Shown here: piece after piece, positions 1-13,868 of the stretch
Layout of the letters: each line of letters starts with the position of its first letter
Numbering within the stretch: position 1 is the stretch's first letter
Source of the DNA: the human T2T-CHM13v2.0 reference genome, Homo sapiens
Assembly (NCBI RefSeq): GCF_009914755.1
Contig: NC_060947.1
Direction: 5' to 3' (one strand)
Length of the DNA stretch: 64,000 bases
The notes under the pieces: model-generated
Database searches by the model: none
The model's input: the letters and a program-made list of their open reading frames with translations, nothing else
Told to the model about the DNA's origin: nothing
Program-made: the position numbers and the translations under genes

Positions 1-73
1 ACTCCCATGACACGTTTACCTATGTAACAAACCTGCACTTATACCCCTGAACTTAAAATAGAAGTTAAAAAAA
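1..73 (+). mobile_element. 3' end of an older L1PA/L1PB element with A tail
   Basis: acctatgtaacaaacctgcac...cccctgaacttaaaata...aaaaaa is the L1 3' terminus pattern. Confidence 0.8.
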
Positions 74-75
74 GG

Positions 76-3010
76 CATTTTGCAAAATTTAGCACCCTTT
101 CATGATTAAAACAATGAACTAAGGATTAGAGGGGATCTTCCTATGCCTGGCAAAGGATATTTATGAAAAATCGGCAGCTAACATCATATATCATAGCATT
201 TTAGGTGACAGAAACTTCAATGAGATATTACCTCATGCTCATTATGATGCTCATTATGATGGATACGATAACAAAACAAAACATAAACAAATAAAAAAAA
301 GAAAGTGACAAGTATTAATTAGAATGTGGGGAAACTGGAACTCTTGTACATTTCTGGTGAGTATATAAAGTATGTAAAACAATGCATTTTATGGAAAATA
401 ATGTGGCAGTTTCTCAGAAAAATTAACATAGAATTATGGCATGATCTAGCAATTATAATTCTGGGTATACGCCCACAGAAGTGAAAGCAGGGACAAGTAG
501 GTATTTGTGCAACAGCATTATTCACAATAGTCAAAAGTTAGCAATAACTCAAATATCCATCAACTGATTAATGAATAAACAAAAATTTATATATACATAC
601 AGTGAAACACTATTCTGCCTTAAAAAGAATGGAAATCATGTCCTTTGCAGCAACATAGATGCAGCTGGAGGTTGTTATTCTTAAGCGAATTAATGCAGAA
701 ACAGAAAATTAAATACCGCATGTTCTCACTTATAAGTGGGAGCTAAACATTGAGTACATATGAACATAAATATGGGAGAAATGGACACTGGGGACTTCTG
801 GAGGGGGAAGGGAGGGAGGGGAGTAAAAGCGAGAGACTGCCTAATGGGTGTTGTGCTCACTGTCTAGGTGATGGGATCATCCATACCCCAAATCTCAGCA
901 TCACATAGTGTTCCCATGAGACAGACCTGCACATTTACTCCCTGAATCTAAAATAAAAGTTGAAATTATTTTTTAAAAATCATTCTGATTATTTTTCAAA
1001 AACTGAAATTCTAATACATGTTACAACATGGATGAATGTTGAAGAAATTATGCTAAGTTAAATAAATTATACAAAAAAAGGACAAATATTGTATGATTCC
1101 ATTTACATGATGTACCTAGAGGAGTCAAATTAATACAGGCAGAAAGTATAATAGTGATTATCTGGAGCTAAGAAGGGGAGAAAATGGGGCTTTATTGTTA
1201 TTATAATAAAAAATGCATTTCTAAAAGAAATTCAAGCAGAGGTAAATAAATGGAAAGATATCCTGTGTTCCTGGATTGGAAGACTTAATATTTTTTAAAT
1301 GGTAATACTCCCCAAAGCAATCTCCATATTCAATGCAATCGCTATCAAAATCCCTACAGCTTTTTTTCTTTTTCTTTTCTTTTTTCTTTTTTTTTTTTTT
1401 TTTTTGCAGAAATAGAAACACTAATTGTAAACGTTAGATATAATAGCAAGGGACCCTGCATAGTCAAAACAATCTTGAAAATGAAGAACAAAGTTCAAGG
1501 ACTAATAGGTTCTGATTTCAAATCTTAGCATAAAGCTACAGTAATCAAAAATAAAGCTACAGTAATCAAATATGTATAGTACTTTCATAAGGATAAAAAG
1601 CTTACAGTAATCAAATATGTGTAGTACTTTCATAAGGATAGACATATAGACCAACAAAATAAAAAAGAAGCTCCAGAACTAAACCCCATACATCTATGGT
1701 CAGTTGATTTTTGACAAGTGTGCTAAGACTATACAATGGGGTAAGAATAGTCTCTTCAGTAAATGCTGTTGGGAAAACTGGATTTCCACATGCACAAGAA
1801 TGAAGTTGGATCCTTAGCTCAAAGCATATAAGAAATAACTCAAAATGGATGAAAGACCTGAATATAAGAGCTAAAGCTATAAAACTCAAACATTTTCATT
1901 ACTTTGGATTTCACATTTTTAAAAATATGACGCCAAAGTACAAGAAACAAAGAAAACATCAATTAATTGGAACTCATCAAAATAAATTTTTTATGCTTCA
2001 GAGGATACAATCAAGGGAATGAAAAAGATAACCTACAAAAGGGGGAAAAACATGTGCAAATCATGTACCTGATAGAGGGCTTGTGTCTGGAATATATAAA
2101 GAACATATACAACTAAACAACTAAGAGATGAATAATACAGTTCATAAATAGGCAAAGGATTCATTTCTTCAACGAAGATATACAAATGAGCAACAAGCAC
2201 ATTTAAAAGATGCTCAACATCATTAGTCATTAGGGAAATGCAAGTCAAAACCATAATGAAATAACAATTTATACCCACTAGCCTGCCTACAATTAAACCA
2301 AAGAGGAAAATAACAAGTATTGGCATCAATGTAGAGAAATGGGAACCCTCAAGTATTGTTGATGGGAATTTTAAATGGTGAATCCACTGTAGAAAACTGT
2401 TTAGAAGCTCCTCAAAAAGTCAAATATACAATTACCATATTACCCAACAATTTCACTCCTAGGTATATACTCAAAATAACTGAAATAGTTTTTCAAACAG
2501 TAATGTGTACAGGAATATTCACAGCAGCACTATTCACAATAGTCAAAAGGTGGAACTGACCAAAATCAATGAAATTCTTTCAACCAATGAAAGAATAAAC
2601 AAAATGTGGTAAATACTATGAAATACTGTTCAGCCGTATAAAGGAATGAAATACATACATGTTAAAACATGGATAAGCCCTGGAAACATTATGCTAATTA
2701 AATGAAAGCAGATACAAAAGGTCACATGTTGTGTAATTCTATTTATATAAAATACCTGGAATAGACGAACGTAAAGAGACAGAAAGCAGATCAATGGTTG
2801 CTGAAGGATAGGGAGAGAGATGAAGGAGGAGTAACTGTTTATTGGTTATGGAGTTTCCTTTTGAGGTGGTGAAAATGTTTCGGAAATAAATGTTGATGAT
2901 GGTTGCACAACATTGTGACTTTCCTAAAAGCCATTGTATTTTACATTTTATAATGGTTAAAGTGCTGAATTTCATGTTGTGTGAATTTTACCACAATAAC
3001 AATTTTTTTA
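76..3010 (+). mobile_element. Cluster of old L1M (MB/MC-type) ORF2-3'UTR fragments, with a nested L1PA15/16-like 3' end at ~610-975
   Basis: Degenerate L1 motifs (aaagctacagtaatcaaa, cagcactattcacaatagtcaaaaggtggaa, gatgatggttgcacaacattgtg, atgttctcacttataagtgggagctaaac) and many stop codons. Confidence 0.85.
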
Positions 3011-3014
3011 ATTG

Positions 3015-3270
3015 AACAAGTCTGTTATGTTCAAAGTACTGTGTTAGATAAGTAATGTACTAGATACATTTCAGAGAACAGGTTAAGTGAGTCATGGTCC
3101 CTTTCTTAAAGGAATTTATGATCTTAAGGGAAAATTAGTACAAAAACAGAATATCATAAGAGGTACAAAATGTATGTATTTGAGAGGAAGGAGCTATTTT
3201 ATCTACTTTAGAAGATTTGAGAAAGAGACTTCAAAAGAGAGGTGGTAGTTTACATAATCTTTGGACAATG
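3015..3270 (-). mobile_element. L2 fragment
   Basis: tgttcaaagtactgtgttag...catggtccctttcttaaaggaatttatgatct resembles the reverse complement of the L2 3' region. Confidence 0.5.
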
Positions 3271-5754
3271 TTTTAATCTTTATATAGGCATATGTCAGGT
3301 ATCTGTAGTGGCCAGTTAGTTGATAATTATATATAGATTGCCTGTTATAAGTAGGGTAGCTCAATGAGGATTATAGAAACAAACATTCTAGACAGAGGGA
3401 GTTGTAAGAACCTGATAGAGCATGGCAGGTTCATGGAATTGAGAGAAGTATACTGAGAATGACCGTATCATTTATCTTCCAAACATGAACAATTTTTAGA
3501 CTGAAAAGGAGCTGCTCTCAGTAATTATGCCAAGACAGAAGGAATACATTGGAACTTCCCATAGTAAAAATCGATTTAGAATTAACCCAGGTATAGCTAG
3601 AGAGAGTAAAAGAAGGAGAGTTATCACATGAATTCAAGCAAATTAGGTGAGATTAATCAGGGGTTTGTAGAAGATAGTATTTATTTTCAATATTTTCCCA
3701 AAGGAAAGGGGAAGCATTTTAGCAAAGGGCAATGGAGTGACTAGACTTATACTTCTAAACATCATTTTACTGGCAATGTGAAGGCGAAGTGTATGAAATA
3801 GGTGATGAAATAAGTATAGAAGTTCAAGGATTTGAAAATATTTGGGAGGTAGGATTAAATGGAATTTGGCAGTATGTCAGGAAAGATATATATTGTGGCA
3901 TGTTGATGATGAATGCTGTCATTTCAATTTTGTGCTTAAGTTAGTAGGAAATTGGGATTCATTAACAGCTTTCAAAAAGGCAGTACCATGATCAGATTTC
4001 AGTAACGTAATTCTTAGAGATGGTTGTGTAGTAATTTAAGCAAACTGTTATTTATTTTAAACCTGTATCAACTCTCAGGGTACATATTTTATAATCTGAC
4101 AACTCATTTATCTCTGAAATATATTCTGCTGTTTGCCATATATTATACTTCTGTGAGCTTCAAGGGTTAAACTGTAGTGTATAAATAAATTTTTAATCAA
4201 TTCGTATGCATTTTATAGTTTTAGAACATTGAATATAGTTTCCATCAATCTTGTTAAATTTCTAGATTAAATGAACCCTTTTTACATTATACTTTTTACC
4301 TTACTACAACAAAAAATATTCTCGAAAACCACTCTTTTGGTGATTTAAACACCAAGATTAACATCTTCCTGCCACTTTGTCAAAACTTAAAGAATATAAA
4401 GATCATTTTAGAAAATCCTCAACTTTATTTGACAAGTAGATAGAAAACCAAAGCTATTTCATGGTTTCACAAAGTCTGCTACTGGGAAAATAATTTAACT
4501 GTATAAAGAAACATTTGGCCTCAGTATTGTGAAGAATTTGTGGCTCACTGATTTGATTTAGACAAGAAATCACTGCATGAAATAGGATCATGACAGCAGT
4601 AAAAATGTTTCTAATTTTAAAAAAGCTTTAATGCTTCAAAAACATAGTTTTCCCTATATTTTTATAACACATAAAATTTATTCATCCTTATCCTTTATGT
4701 TTATGATTTTACTACAGTTTATCCATCCCCTATGAAACAGAAGTATTTGTCATTTATTTTCTCAGAAAAGTCAATTGATATAGAGACATTTTTCTCATGA
4801 GTGTATTTATCCCTAATGGATTTGTTGATTTATTTGTCATGTTTATGTCTGTATGAAAAGTGTTGATTATTTTAGTGAAGCTATTCTTTCCACACTTAAC
4901 AATGTATGTTTACTGGAATTAAAAAATAACCCCCAATAACATCCTGCAAAATAAAATACAAAATCTGCTATTTGGCTTGAGGGGGCAGGTGAACACACAG
5001 GGTAAGGAACAAACTCTTGCTACTAACAAAAATAAAAAATAACAGTTAGCCAAGCAATCAGTTGAAATTCTGTTTGCATTTCTATTTCCAAGAATAACAG
5101 TTTTAATGTGAATATTTGTGGTTCTTGGTAAAGAAATTGTTTACCAAGAGAATTACATCTTCTTGCATCATACCAAAGAACTAGTTTCTGCGAAAGCTTT
5201 CACATTCACACAGTTCTAAATAAAGTATAAAATATTACTTAAAGTGCCATTGGAAAGTAAAGCACATGAAGAGATAAAATTCACAAATTGTCTACCCTTT
5301 CTTCCTTCCTTAGGTATAAATTGCAGTTTGATCAGTAATCTATACATGTAGTCACTTATTTAACAAAATAAGCACTCAATGTACAAAGCTCTCTGAAAAG
5401 AGCTCTCTCTCTCTTTCTCTCTATTAATGAGCTAATATGCACTTGTACACATCCAAATAGATATGAGAAGACATATGTTCAATGTTTTTATATAAAAAGC
5501 TCTGTATTTATCATTTTATAGTCCACTCTTTTCAGATAGGACTTGTGGTAGCTGAAAATATTAAAACATATACTGAAGAACCATTACAATCAGATTTACA
5601 TTTATAAAAGACAGCTCTGGAAACAAGCAAATAAATAATGGAAAATAAGAGTGAATTACCTGGCACTTAGCATCAATTAGTTTCTATAGTTGAATAGTAA
5701 AACTTATTTTGATATTGTCTTATGCTAAAGCAGAAGGAAAATATGTTGGGTCGT

Positions 5755-5828
5755 ATTGTGCACATGTACCCTAAAACTTAAAGTATAATAAAAAAAAAAA
5801 ACTAGGAAGGAAAACTTAAAAAAAAAAA
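5755..5828 (+). mobile_element. Very short young L1PA 3' end with two A tracts
   Basis: attgtgcacatgtaccctaaaacttaaagtataat followed by A12 matches the L1PA2-5 terminus. Confidence 0.85.
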
Positions 5829-6144
5829 TAAATGAAAGCACACAAGTTCATAGGGAGAGATAAATTTTTCTTACCATTAAGATAAAGAAGAATTGGTTTG
5901 CTGACTCATTAAAGTACTGACCATTATGTTATTCAAAGGACAATTTATTTGGTTAATCTCATAAAAGCGACAAATATTTCTCATACAAATGTTTTTCTTA
6001 ATCCTCTTCTATCAAGATTAAAGGCCATATTTGAATCATAAATTCAGTAAAGGCATTTGTTTGAGTTACCACATTATGAAATGCAGGATTCTTGCTTTTT
6101 GATGAGCTAATAGAATCAGAATTTACAATTGGCATGTGCCCTAG

Positions 6145-6335
6145 ACCAGTGGGCTTTAAACGACAATCAGAACTATTCAGAGGAGTTGTTACATTAGTAT
6201 CACTTGGTGAAATTTTCGAAAAGCACAGATCCCTGGGCCATACTCCCAGAGATTCTAATTCCCTGTACCTAGTGCATAGCCCATAAATTTTTCTCTCTTT
6301 TTTTCAAATAGTCTCCAATTGATTTTGAAATACTA
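6145..6335. mobile_element. MER5-like hAT DNA transposon remnant
   Basis: atcacttggtgaa...cagatccctgggccatactcccagagattctaattc pattern. Confidence 0.6.
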
Positions 6336-8154
6336 TATAGACAATGAGATTAAGAGGTGAAAAAGATAGGTAGAATCTCAGCTCATGTGGAGGTTATATA
6401 CTGAAGTGAGGGAAAATAGATATACAAATAAACAAATAAGTGAACAAGATAACTTCAATAGTGACTAGTTTATTAAGAAAATAGAACAAGGTGATATGAG
6501 ATAGAGAATGAATAGATGGATGGGAATTTAGTTGATGGGGGCGCATAAGTATATGAAGTATTAGTATTATATGTTGTTGATTAAATAATAAAGACCCAAT
6601 GTTGTGTTTAATTTCTGTGGTAAAGATTTAGAGACTGATTTTATTTTGCTTGATATGAGAACAATCATAACTCTCTATAGAAATGTGCTGCAGAAACACC
6701 CAGAGATATTATAAAACTTTGTGCTCAATAAAATGTTTCACTATACCTGATGATTTGAATACATACTTGGCTGTATGTGCTAAGCCATACAAATATTTTT
6801 GGAGTAAAAATTATAAAGGAAAGTCTTAAAATAATTTCAGCAAGTCTTTGTCTTCATAGGTATAACATAATAAGCTAACAACCACAAGGTATTGAATGAT
6901 TTCAGTATTTAGATGGAATCACTTACTACTGTCCACTTAAATCCTGAAGAATGGATGCTAAATGTAACAATATCATTTAAATATGTAAGCTATTCTTTGT
7001 GACAACAGATAGCTAAATAATTAACCTTATTCTTAAAGCCAAGTCTATTCAAAACTAAAAAAAATTATCACCTTGGAGGGAAGCATTTAACTTCCTATTT
7101 GTAATAGTAGGTAGCCTATGCAGTTCAGTGAATATAATTTAAAAATGTAAAATATATTAAAACAAGTGTTGAGCTATAATCCTTGAAATGGAAATTTCAT
7201 CATATCCAATAATCTTAACTATTGTGATTCCAGAAGCATTATGTTATAGAACAAGTGCTAAAGAAGTACTAATGCCCATTTAAACCGAAAATGTGTCATT
7301 GTTCATGAGTAATTCTAATCTACAGAATCCAAGGCTAACAAGAGTTCAAATTATGCTTTAAAAAAATCAAGTGTTGTTTTTAATTATTTTTCAGGGGAAA
7401 TGAAACAATGATAGCATCCAAACTAATAGTTGTTTTCTAAATATGTATTAGATTGAGAAACCCACTCAGTTTGTCAAGAAGAATGCTGGCAATGCACTTT
7501 TTCTAAACACTGTATTGAGTTATAATTAGCATGCCATAGAATTCACCTATTTAAAGTGTGCAATTAAGTTTGCACACTTAAAATCGCCTCACTTTTTTTG
7601 AAATAAGACAGAAATTCATAAGTAAATAAATTCAATTTTGTGCCACCACGAAATTAGGAGGCTAATCAGTGTGGGCATATGTTTGTGTGTGTAATGACTG
7701 GAATTATCTGGAGAGGCTTCATGGTATGGAAGTACTATACTGGATTTGAAGTGAGAAGAACTGAGAATATAAAATCTTCCATTTATTAACTTATTAACTT
7801 AAAAGGAGGTAATGATCATAACTTACTTTGCAGTGTTGGTGATATAACGAAATAACATGTGTGCCACTGTTCTGTAAAGTGTAAAACATTCTCATGCATT
7901 GAATGGCAGTTATTATTAATATTATTTCTAGCCTAGAATGTTATGATAAAAAAGTGATGTAACAGGATTCAATGAAAAGTCTGATGTTTAGGTTTAAAAC
8001 ATTTGAAATAGAAGAAATTGTCATCCACAGTTCAAATTTTAAAAATCTTACCAGATCAGTTGATCACAATTACAGTATGAACGAATAGCGTGTAATATGG
8101 CTAACAAAATCAATGAATACAATCTTTAGCTTCTTTACTAGAAGTTTCCTGATA

Positions 8155-8484
8155 CAGGGGTGAGGACCAGTAATGGTCCGCGGTCTGATAGGAACCAGGC
8201 CGCACAGCAGGAGGTGAGTGGCGGACAAGTGAGTATTACTTCCTAAACTCTGCCTCCTGTCAGATCAGCAGCAGCATTAGATTCTCATAGCAGCAGGAAC
8301 CCTATTGTGAATTGTGCATGCAAGGGACCCAGGTTGTGCACTCCTTATGAGAATCCAATTAATGCCTGATGATCTGATGTGGAACAGTCTCATCCCGAAA
8401 CCATCCCCTCCAACATCCCCCATCCATGGAAAAATTGTCTTCCACGAAACCAGTCCCTGGTGCCAAAAAGGTTGGGGACTGCTG
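8155..8484 (+). mobile_element. MER1B (hAT-Charlie) non-autonomous DNA transposon
   Basis: Starts caggg, ends ggtgccaaaaaggttggggactgctg, and contains aggccgcacagcaggaggtgag and gcattagattctcatag. Confidence 0.9.
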
Positions 8485-10197
8485 GTATAGGTGATAATGA
8501 CATATTAGACTTTCTGCTAGTCATATTACATTTTCAGTTTTAGGTCTAGTTATAGTTATCCTGTAAATGAGGGAAATCGAAACTGAAGATATATCTAGAG
8601 TAGATTTTCCAAGATGGTCAGAAGTCAGGAAAAACAGGTGATATAAGGAAACTTGAAAAATGCAAGACACATAGATGTTTTACAATTTAGCAGAGGGAAA
8701 ACATTGTGGGCTGAAGTGGTAACAGTATTAGGGGAAAGACAGAATCTAATCTGGGCAGTGAGAATGAAATTTGTAAAAAGAAGTGCGTACTGGGGAGAAC
8801 TATATATTTAGAGCCAGCAAATCTTGGATTTCACTTCCATTTAACTAAAAATGAGGGGCTAAAAAGCAAATAGCTGAGTTAATATAAACTACTGAAAATA
8901 CTTGATCCTGGCAATACTGAAAAGATAACATCTCAGATAAGGTCCATAAGTTAAATATTTGTGAAACTTTATAGTGTTGGTTTGAAAATTTGGGAAATAC
9001 TGTGATAACATAGAAACTTCATTAACATTAACCTATAAGGAGATCCATGTTGCAATTATAAAAATTGGAGTCTGCCCCTCCAGTGAGATTTCTACAATAC
9101 TATGATATTGGAAAGTAATCAGAAGCTCTTGTTTTAATAGAAACAGTGATAACTGGGAGGTATAATTTCTGATGAGGTTGGTGATCATCCTTACTCTTTA
9201 CCCTTGATAGCCAAAAAGAGAAATAATTGTATTTTCTATTTCATGTAGTTTTGGATATTTGAGGTAATATGTGAAAGCTGAAAAATACATTATATGTACC
9301 TGTATTTTAATCCATAAAACATAAGAAAAAAAACTTTATATGCCAAGGAAGACAGCTTTAAAAACACAATATACTCAAGAGGATTTTTAAATATTCCCCA
9401 AACAAATAAATTATAAATGTTTGAAGTAATGCATATCCTAGTTACACCTTGTATATGTCTTGAAATGTCACTCTAGACCTGGTAAATATGTACAATTATT
9501 GTTTCAAATAAAAGCGGTTTTTATAAAAACAAAAATCTTCAATGATAAATGAAGTTTATCTAAAAATAAAATGAACTACAATTGATGATTTATATGGAGT
9601 ATTTACCATTATAAAATTATTTTATTTGATGTGTTTCTAAAGTAACATAAAACTATAGTTTTTGTAATGTGGCTATCCTGTTACGAAATCTTTACACTTG
9701 TGACGGTTTTATATAACTATTTACTAGTTAATATGTCGAATTGATCAATTGTATGCAGTCTTATTCAGAATCTTTCAAGACAATATTTTTTATGAGGACT
9801 CTCTCTACATACACATAGATATGGATATACTTTTATTTTTAAAAATACTTACCAAATATATAGAAAATTATTAGTTTAACCTGCTAGATTGAAATGAAAC
9901 ATCATATTTTAAATAAAGCATTTTTATTAAAATTACAAAATAATAAATCTAGTCCATGAGAAAGAATAATAGCTGGCCTTTAAGTATGGTATTGATTAAA
10001 ACTTCATGAACAATGAAAATATTTTAAAATGTCATGTGCTTAATTAAGTCACTTTACATTGAAATACTGTTATAAAGTTAAACAGCAGGAAATTTTGCCA
10101 CTAAGTAAGCTACACTGCATTAGATTACAACATACAGATAAGTGTATGCTAAAATGCTAAAACTTACAGGTTATGCTAAAACATTAAATATATTTAA

Positions 10198-10710
<513 letters not shown>

Positions 10711-11427
10711 TTAAAGCTCTTAAAAATAAATATATAATCAATAACTCCAGTGATTGTCACTTAATAGAATCATGCTATGCTTCGTTTTACAACTGCCTTC
10801 CTGATTCTAGCATGTATGTCTTTATATTTTCTTCTTCCCTGTGTCTTTAAAGAATGTAATGCTTTCTTTTAAATAAGTAAACACTAAAATAACATTGGTA
10901 TTACACAAGATTGTCAAGGGTCTTAATCAATAAATTAATTGATATTACTTTGCTAATATGATTATAAAAAATTATACTAGAAAAAATCCTACAAATATAT
11001 TCTTACAAAAATTTATATCTCTGTCATTTGGTTCTAATTCATTGCAAAATAAATGGGACTTTGATGAGATACCTATGTACAATACCTGTATTTAAATACC
11101 AGCAAAATATTACATGTTCCTTTATATAGTTTTCTGATTAAAATGTGCTGATAATTTCTGGAATTTATTCTTCTTTATAAAGTTTCTTTTCTCTTTTTTA
11201 ATTGAATTTGGATTGTATTTCCAAATATATCCCTAATTCAAATTAAATTAAATTAAAATAAAATATATTTTCCTCATTTACTAAAGTGAATTTATGGAAT
11301 GGTAATTTTTACAAGGTTATATATTCTAATAGACTAATTAGTAGAGGCAATGTGAGAAATTTAAGAATCCACTTTGATGGATCATTGCCTTATCTAGATT
11401 TTGGTAAAACTTAACTAAGAAGGAATA

Positions 11428-13868
11428 ATGTCAGCAAGATGGTAGAATATGTAGCCACAGCCCTCATTCCCCACAGAAACACTGATTTAACAATGATATG
11501 TGGACCAAAACTTCTTTATGAGAAGACCATAATTTAGTTAAGAAGTTGCAGTACTCCAGATGAGCACAAAACTGAAAACAACTGCATTGAAATGAATAAG
11601 AAAAGCAATATTAATTTATCTGCATTAGCCCCTTCTTAAGCCAGAGCAGCTCAGCACTGAGAGAGACTCCCTCTGTAAGCAACTTCCTCCTTAGGGAAAA
11701 TTAGAGCATTAAGTATGTCTCCAATTTCCCAGCCTTTTGGTGTGCCACTCAAGACAGTTTCTGTCTTTTTTTGCACAGAGTGCTAAAGGAGCTGGCACAG
11801 TTTGGATGCCCAGTGGCAATTATAACAAAAAAAATGGGGGTAGTTGGCTTACAATGTAACACAGCTTTGTCAGATTGAGAGAAGTCACAGAACCTGAGGC
11901 TTCTTTCTCAGGAGGGAGAGAGAGGAGTGAAGTGTGCCTCTAACATCCTGGACTTCCAGTCTAAATCTCAATGTGCTATATTCTTTCTTCAACTAGAACA
12001 GTAATAGAACTTTCAGAGTTTAGTAGGGGCAGCTAAGAAATAAGGAAAAGGGACAAGTGGCTTGCTGTACTCATTATGGCTCTGTGAGACTCAAAGATGG
12101 TACAGTAATTGTAGTTTCTCCAAAGGCAAGAAGGGAGAGGAGTGGAGCATGTCTCCAGCCTATGGTACAAAAGGAAGACACCAGAGGGAGCAAGAGATTA
12201 CAAATTACTGAAAAAAAAATCAGTCTGTAAATCTCTTCTAATTAGAAATCTATACACAGCAGTACAGAGAAAACATACGCATAGAAAAGGTTTGAGAAGC
12301 TTCCAGAATATTCAAAGAATAATAATAAAGAGTGAGAAAGCCTACAGAAATTATATAACACCATCAAACAAATACATACATTATGGAAATTCCACAAGGA
12401 AAAGAGAATGAGAAAGAGTGGAAAGTTTATTTAAAGAAATAGTGGCCAAAAATTTGCCAAATCTGAAGAGGGAAATGGACATCTAGACTAGCAAAGCCCA
12501 AAGTATCCAAAACATTATCCACCAAGACACATTATAATCAAATTATAAAAAGTCTAGGAGAGAGAATTTTGAAATCTGTAAGAGACAGACAACTTGTCAT
12601 ATACAAAGAAACCATCAATAGCCAATCAGCAGATTTCCCAGCATAAACCTTTCAGGACATAAGGTAGTAGGATGATATATTCAATGTGTTGAAAGAAAAT
12701 AACTGCCAATCAAGAATACTATACCTGGCAAAACTGTCATAAATGAAGGAGAGATAAAGACATATCTGAACAAACAACAACTGAAAGAGTTCATCACCAC
12801 TGGATCTGCCTTACAAAAATGCTAAAAGAGTTATTCAGGTTGCAATGTAGGATGCTGAACATTATATGATAGCATAGGAAAGTATGAAACTCATTGGTAA
12901 AGGTAAATATGTGAATACAGAATACCATAATAATGCAACGATAATGGGTAAATCACTTTTCATTTTAGTATAACATTAATTAAAAGACAAAAGTCTTAAG
13001 AATAACAATAAATACAAAAATGTGTTAGTGGATACACAATGTAAAAGATACAAATTGTGACATCAAAAACATAAAGTGTGTAGAAAGAGAAGTAAATATG
13101 TAGAGTTTTGTAAATGATTGAAGTTAACTTGCTATTAGCTTATATTAGATGGTGATAACTACAAGATATTTTATGTTGCTTCATGTGATCTCAAACAAAA
13201 TACATATAGAATATACACAAAAGAAAGGAGGAAGGAATTAATGCATATCACTACAAAAAAATTAGTAAAAAGGGAAAGAAACCAGTAAGGGAGGAAAGAG
13301 AAACAGAATAATTGCAAGACAGAAAAAAAAAAACCAACAAAATTGCAAGAGTAAGTCTTTACCTACCAAAAATAATTTAAACATAAATGGATTAACCTCC
13401 CCCATGAAAAGACAGAGTTGCTGAATGGATAAAAACGCAAGATCCAACTTTATGCTGCCTAGAAGAGATACACTTTGGATTCAAGGACACACACGGGCTG
13501 AAAGTGAAGTGATAGAAAATGATATGCTATACAGATAAGAACAACAAAAAAAATAGGGAGCTATACTTCCATCAGATGAAAGAGATGTTAAGTCAAAAAG
13601 TGTCACAAGATACATACAAAGAAGGTAATTTTATAATAATAAAATATCAATTTATCAAGAAGATATAAGAATTATAAACTTATTTCTACACAATATCAGA
13701 GCATCTACATATATAAAATAAACATTAAAGGGAAATAGATAGCAATACAATTGTAGGAGATTTTAATACCAAACTTGAAATAATTGATTGAATATCCAGA
13801 CAGAAAGTTAAAAAGGAAACAGACTTGCACAACACTATATAGACCAAATGAACATAAAAGAAATAGAC
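11428..13868 (+). mobile_element. Old L1M element: 5'UTR, ORF1 remnant and start of ORF2 endonuclease, 3'-truncated
   Basis: gtcagcaagatggtagaat start, degenerate ORF1 (aagacacattataatcaaa, aagaatactatacctggcaaaactgtc) and endonuclease remnant (aatacaattgtaggagattttaatacc). Confidence 0.8.
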
